Source: Negativicutes bacterium (lineage in GTDB: Bacteria > Bacillota > Negativicutes > UBA1444). From it: a stretch of DNA of 64,000 nt. Position numbers and translations under genes: made by a program. The stretch is taken from positions 224,001 to 288,000 of the forward strand of contig CAXXIN010000007.1 in assembly GCA_963665275.2 (NCBI GenBank). The letters run 5' to 3'. Shown here piece by piece: positions 60,055 through 64,000 of the stretch. Each line of letters opens with the position of its first letter. Positions within the stretch are counted from its first letter, which is position 1. The notes beneath the pieces were generated by a model. The model worked only from the letters and a program-made list of their open reading frames with translations. It did no database searches and was not told the origin of the DNA.

Positions 60055-60075
60055 TTTATTGATAACTGCTCCCCA

Positions 60076-61953
60076 ATCGAGTAGGAGGGGGCGGCGAGCC
60101 CCCGACCTCTCACACCACCGGACATGCGGGTCCGCATCCGGCGGTTCCCAAGGATTGACGAAGTTTTCCATAGTGTGCAAGCAAACTCAACAGCCCTTGA
60201 CGTTCCCAATAGGTAACGTCGAGGGCATTATTTGTGTTGCGGGCCATGGCCCAGGGTCCCTTGCTGGATTTGGCCATCATCCACGCCGCCCACTCCGGTA
60301 CGCCCAGCGCCCGGAGGTTTCGGAAACGTGTCCACGCCCTCTTCCATTGTTTCCAGAGGCACATGCGCAGTCGCCGCCGTAACCATTGGTCCAGTTCCCC
60401 GCAATGCTTCTTGGCCGATGCCACATGGAAATATCCAATCCAGCCCCGCAGATACTGGTTAACCTGCCGGATTCTTTCTTCCATCGCCACGGACCATGTT
60501 CGGTTCGTGAGTTGTCGGATTCTCTCCTTGCAACGCTCCAGCGTCTTTGGCGCTAACCGGATGGTTCCCGCTTTGTCGTTCAAGAAACTAAAGCCAAGAA
60601 ACTTTCGCTTCCACGGTCGGTCTACTGCACTCTTCTCCCGGTTTACCTTGAGTTTGAGCTTGCCTTCCACAAACCGGACCACCGATTCCATCACCCGAAC
60701 TCCTGCCCGCCTGCTTCGCACGAACAAGTTGCAGTCGTCCGCGTAGCGGACGAACCGATGCCCGCGCCGCGCCAGTTCCCGGTCCAAGTCATCGAGCAGA
60801 ATGTTCGACAATAGCGGACTCAACGGACCGCCCTGCGGCGTTCCCTCTGTTGTCCTACTTACTACGCCACATTCCATGACTCCGGCGCTTAAGTAACTGC
60901 GGATGAGTTTCAGAACTCGTTTGTCTCCCACTCTTCGCGCCACCCGCGCCATCAACATGTCGTGGTTGACCCGGTCGAAGAATTTCTCTAGGTCCATGTC
61001 CACGACAAACCGATAGCCTTCCCGGATGTGTTCCTGCGCCCGCCGGATTGCGTCATGCGACCGTTTCCCCGGCCGGAAGCCGTAGCTTTCCGGGCTGAAG
61101 TAAGGATCGAATATCTGGGTCAGTGTCTGCAGAAGGGCCTGCTGGATCAGGCGATCCAATACGGTTGGGATACCCAGCGCCCGCGTCCCGCCTCCGGGTT
61201 TTGGAATGTCCACCCGTTTCACGGGTTGCGGCCGGTAAGTTCCCGTTCGGAGCTGTTCTTTAGTTGTTTCCCAGTTGGTCTGGAGATATCCCGCCAGTGT
61301 GGCGGTATCCATCCCGTCGACGCCGGGAGCTCCTCCGTTTTGTTTCACCCGCTGGTAGGCGCGTTTCATGTTTTCCCGCTCCAGCGTTTTCTCCAGCAGT
61401 TCACCAGGGTCTTCGCGAGAGGGCAGGTCCACTTGTGCCGGTGATGGGCTCAGCGCTCCGGCATACTTTTGCGGCTTCACCGCTACTTTTTGCCGTAAGC
61501 CTTCTTCTGAAGTTGGCTGCTGTAATTGCTCATCACGCGAACGCATAGTTTCCCTCTCTTTCTTTGGGTTCGGCCCTTCCGGCGCGGCGTCCCGCTCTCC
61601 GTACTATGGCCTCGGCTGACTCCTGCGATTTCAGCGCCGCCTCACGGCGGCGGTTGCCGACTCAGTCGGCGTGACCGCAGGCCTCCCCGGATAAGAACGT
61701 CATCTTTCCACTCATGCACCTGCCCAAGTTTACTGCTTCAGCCCTTGGCGGCTTCGGACTTCGTCTTCTCGTGCAGACTCGTCCGGCTGAAACAGCCTCA
61801 AATTGGGTTCGTATACCTCAGGTCGAGCATTTGCCTCCAGCTTCCTTCAGATTCCGTCTCGCGACGGACACCCTTGCTCTTGGCTAACGGTAGGCGCTCG
61901 CCAGCCCCCGCTCGGGACTTTCACCCTATAGACGACGCCCATGCCGGGCGTAC
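60076..61953 (-). mobile_element. Group IIC (class C) intron
   Basis: 5' GTACGCCCGGCATGGG 3 nt after a terminator stem; short domain V AACCGCCGGATGCGGACCCGCATGTCCGGTGGT with CGC triad; ends CTACTCGAT. Confidence 0.93.
60110..61546 (-). CDS. ltrA: Group IIC intron RT/maturase (no endonuclease domain)
   Basis: GAPGVDG, SYGFRPGK, GTPQGGPLSPLL, RYADD, RGWIGYF; ORF runs into domain V. Confidence 0.96.
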   Translation of the reverse strand: MRSRDEQLQQPTSEEGLRQKVAVKPQKYAGALSPSPAQVDLPSREDPGELLEKTLERENMKRAYQRVKQNGGAPGVDGMDTATLAGYLQTNWETTKEQLRTGTYRPQPVKRVDIPKPGGGTRALGIPTVLDRLIQQALLQTLTQIFDPYFSPESYGFRPGKRSHDAIRRAQEHIREGYRFVVDMDLEKFFDRVNHDMLMARVARRVGDKRVLKLIRSYLSAGVMECGVVSRTTEGTPQGGPLSPLLSNILLDDLDRELARRGHRFVRYADDCNLFVRSRRAGVRVMESVVRFVEGKLKLKVNREKSAVDRPWKRKFLGFSFLNDKAGTIRLAPKTLERCKERIRQLTNRTWSVAMEERIRQVNQYLRGWIGYFHVASAKKHCGELDQWLRRRLRMCLWKQWKRAWTRFRNLRALGVPEWAAWMMAKSSKGPWAMARNTNNALDVTYWERQGLLSLLAHYGKLRQSLGTAGCGPACPVV

Positions 61954-61956
61954 ACG

Positions 61957-61994
61957 AGAAACGCCTTCCAGTTAATACTCTGGAAGGCGTTTCT
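61957..61994 (-). terminator. Terminator stem used as the IIC intron target
   Basis: 15-bp inverted repeat agaaacgccttccag/ctggaaggcgtttct. Confidence 0.88.
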
Positions 61995-62229
61995 ATCGGA
62001 GTTCTTTTTGTTCCGAACTATTACTGAGCCACAAGGCCAATCCCGGCTCATCCATTTCGCTTTGCGCCACTCTCAACACAGCAGTGGCAGCTGCAGCTTC
62101 CGGGGCAATTATTTTCCAATCATTTAACAAGAGAAAAATATATGCTACAAGAAAACTTGTCCGTTTATTTCCATCAATAAATGGGGGATTCTGAATAGCC
62201 AGTGCAGACGATAAGAGCCCTATGTCGCG
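61993..62229 (-). pseudogene. Doc/Fic toxin remnant
   Basis: Manual translation RDIGLLSSALA|IQNPPFIDGNKRTSFLVAYIFLLLN...LALWL; Fic motif HPFxDGNKR has H replaced by P; no start codon; internal deletion. Confidence 0.8.
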
Positions 62230-62261
62230 ATATAGTCATTTTTATATTACACTATTTATTA

Positions 62262-63407
62262 TTAACCCAATACACTGGAATTCCCCCCAGAGTTTTTAGC
62301 TCGGTACAACGCATCATCAGCTATACGCATCAATTCTTCTCCATTGCGTACCGCGTCATTGGATAAAGCCAAACCAATGCTTATCGTCGAATGCAATGAA
62401 TGGCCTTGCCAAGAAACCGTAAGTTCTTCGATTTTCTGCCGCAACCGCTCTGCCGTATTCATCAAACTCACTTCATCACAATTTTGCACTACTACTACAA
62501 ATTCATCTCCTGCATAGCGAAAAACGAAATCACTAGTTCGTACAGCATCGCTAATTTCCTGTCCAAATCGGATCAAAAAACGATCACCTGCTTGATGCCC
62601 AAATTGGTCGTTGATCTCTTTGAAATCATCGATATCAATTAACAGAAATCCAATGCATTCTGCCCTTGATGACATCAATGTTTCAATCCGATTATCCATC
62701 GCTCGCCGATTAGCAATTCCCGTTAGTGTGTCGGTTAATGCTTGTCTTTGGACGTCCAGTCCCAAGCGATGTGATATGAGCCAAAATATGCAGAGAGACA
62801 TGCCTGTGCAGAAACATAGCATTCCTAAAGTGATCCACTCATGCACAAATCCCGGGTTCGTTAAATCAGTCTGTTGCCCCTGAATCATGGTAAATATGGC
62901 GCGAAAAATCATTAGGCCTGTAAACAAGGCAAGCAAGGTCATCATAAAACGCCGCGGAGCATTTTCGTCATCGTCACTCACTCGCAGAATTTTCATGCTG
63001 ATCAAAGCTAGGAATGCTGCAGAAACGCTATAAACAACGATCCGATTATTAATCGAAGGAGTAATATATGTCATGAAAAGGAACGATGTAATCATAAGGC
63101 CCCATACTGTCCAAGCTGCTCTCCTCAAATACCCGGGTTTCTCCATATATTGAGCGATCCCTTCCTGGGTTGCAATTTGGCTACCCAAGATACATGCTCC
63201 TGCGATAATAATGGAGAAAAAATCAGATATCACGCCTCGAAGGGCCAGTAAAACCATGCTCGTTCCTGATAAAACATGGCTTAAACCCCAATACCCAATA
63301 ATTGTACGTAATGATTTTGCATTACGCCACGCCAACGTAAAAATAATCGCATTGACTAATGTGATTGCCGCAGTTGCGATAAATAGCGTCCTGAAATCCA
63401 AGTACAT
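62262..63407 (-). CDS. Multi-TM diguanylate cyclase (AGDEF variant)
   Basis: About 7 TM, TDTLTGIANRR, RTSD I-site, FRYAGDEF. Confidence 0.9.
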   Translation of the reverse strand: MYLDFRTLFIATAAITLVNAIIFTLAWRNAKSLRTIIGYWGLSHVLSGTSMVLLALRGVISDFFSIIIAGACILGSQIATQEGIAQYMEKPGYLRRAAWTVWGLMITSFLFMTYITPSINNRIVVYSVSAAFLALISMKILRVSDDDENAPRRFMMTLLALFTGLMIFRAIFTMIQGQQTDLTNPGFVHEWITLGMLCFCTGMSLCIFWLISHRLGLDVQRQALTDTLTGIANRRAMDNRIETLMSSRAECIGFLLIDIDDFKEINDQFGHQAGDRFLIRFGQEISDAVRTSDFVFRYAGDEFVVVVQNCDEVSLMNTAERLRQKIEELTVSWQGHSLHSTISIGLALSNDAVRNGEELMRIADDALYRAKNSGGNSSVLG

Positions 63408-63715
63408 GGCGTAGATCCTCCAAATCCAATCAAATCATTCGCATAAAATACACCCGATGTTCTTTAGTTTTTGCAAAACCGAAGTCTTCTTTCTCCGGTT
63501 AATAATAAACAACCTCAATGTACTTTGCAAATAAATTGTTATGGGCATTACCCTTTAGATAACATGACTGCTGCCGGCAGATTTCCGCCAGCCAACACCA
63601 ACGCGTTTACGCCCCACCTGGCTTTGTCGAGCGTTATCCATTTAATTCACCTCTTCACTTTGCAGGAATACCTGCATGATTGTTGAAATCATCTCCCAAG
63701 AATGGAGGTGACGCT

Positions 63716-63859
63716 GTGATTTGTCCGTTTTTCAGCACCGTCGAAATACCGGCAGTTTGCCAAGAAGCTGATTGTGCTATTTGGGTTCCCGAGAAGCAAG
63801 CCTGTGGAATTAAAGTAATTGCCACTAAATCGCCACCGGCGCAACCAGCACAGGGATAA
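63716..63859 (+). CDS. Small 4-Cys protein (putative metal-binding)
   Basis: GGAGGTG RBS, GTG start, MICPFFSTVEIPAVCQEADCAIWVPEKQACGIKVIATKSPPAQPAQG, followed by a terminator. Confidence 0.7.
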   Translation: MICPFFSTVEIPAVCQEADCAIWVPEKQACGIKVIATKSPPAQPAQG

Positions 63860-63894
63860 TAAGCTTCAAGCTGAAACAGCAAACTGTGAGCAAA

Positions 63895-63937
63895 TGAGAA
63901 AAGCCTTCCGAGATAAATTCTCGGAAGGCTTTTCTCA
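63895..63937. terminator. Bidirectional terminator
   Basis: tgagaaaagccttccgaga/tctcggaaggcttttctca. Confidence 0.85.
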
Positions 63938-63939
63938 CT

Positions 63940-63986
63940 TGGCGTCCCAGGTAGGAATCGAATCTACGACCAATGGATTAGAAGTC
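63940..63986 (-). other. 3' fragment of tRNA-Arg(TCT), probable att site
   Basis: GACTTCTAATCCATTGGTCGTAGATTCGATTCCTACCTGGGACGCCA: anticodon loop to CCA, with no D arm upstream within the window. Confidence 0.75.
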
Positions 63987-64000
63987 ATTTTTTTAAAACC

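Noticed and set aside
63655-63882. 75-aa minus-strand ORF with CxxC
   Set aside because: No RBS; the opposite-strand 47-aa ORF has a strong RBS, a coherent Cys pattern and a terminator.

Overview
Chromosomal window from an anaerobic Firmicute, most likely a Negativicute (Sporomusaceae-like; inferred from gene content and codon style). 1-16.3 kb is core genome on the minus strand: tRNA-Gly-tig-clpP-clpX-lon-engB-ahbAB-ptb-tatAC, then T-box valS-folC-O-antigen-ligase-like, then the start of a Rex-preceded DRTGG/anti-sigma kinase/Fe-S operon. The rest is accessory DNA lying between the pieces of a split tRNA cluster (Arg 3' fragment, His-Gln-Gln-Lys, Leu, Gly). It contains: (i) an unannotated 36-codon membrane ORF with Cys-x-x-UGA followed by a SECIS-like hairpin (candidate tiny selenoprotein); (ii) two orphan secreted Ser/Thr/Asn-rich proteins; (iii) a ~7 kb capsid-less phage/plasmid-like module (Xre repressor, DnaD-type Rep N-terminus, iterons plus DnaA boxes, SSB, amidase, DUF1659, DUF2922, YvrJ) whose yvrJ gene is split in frame by a CL-class group II intron; (iv) an integrase remnant at tRNA-Lys; (v) a five-gene phosphorelay/c-di-GMP cluster and ftsH; (vi) a sigma54-dependent double acyl-CoA dehydrogenase/ETF/Fix operon whose two transporter genes are deleted; (vii) a class C group II intron inserted behind the terminator of a doc remnant. 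No CRISPR array or rRNA was seen. All family calls are from motif recognition by eye, not database searches.
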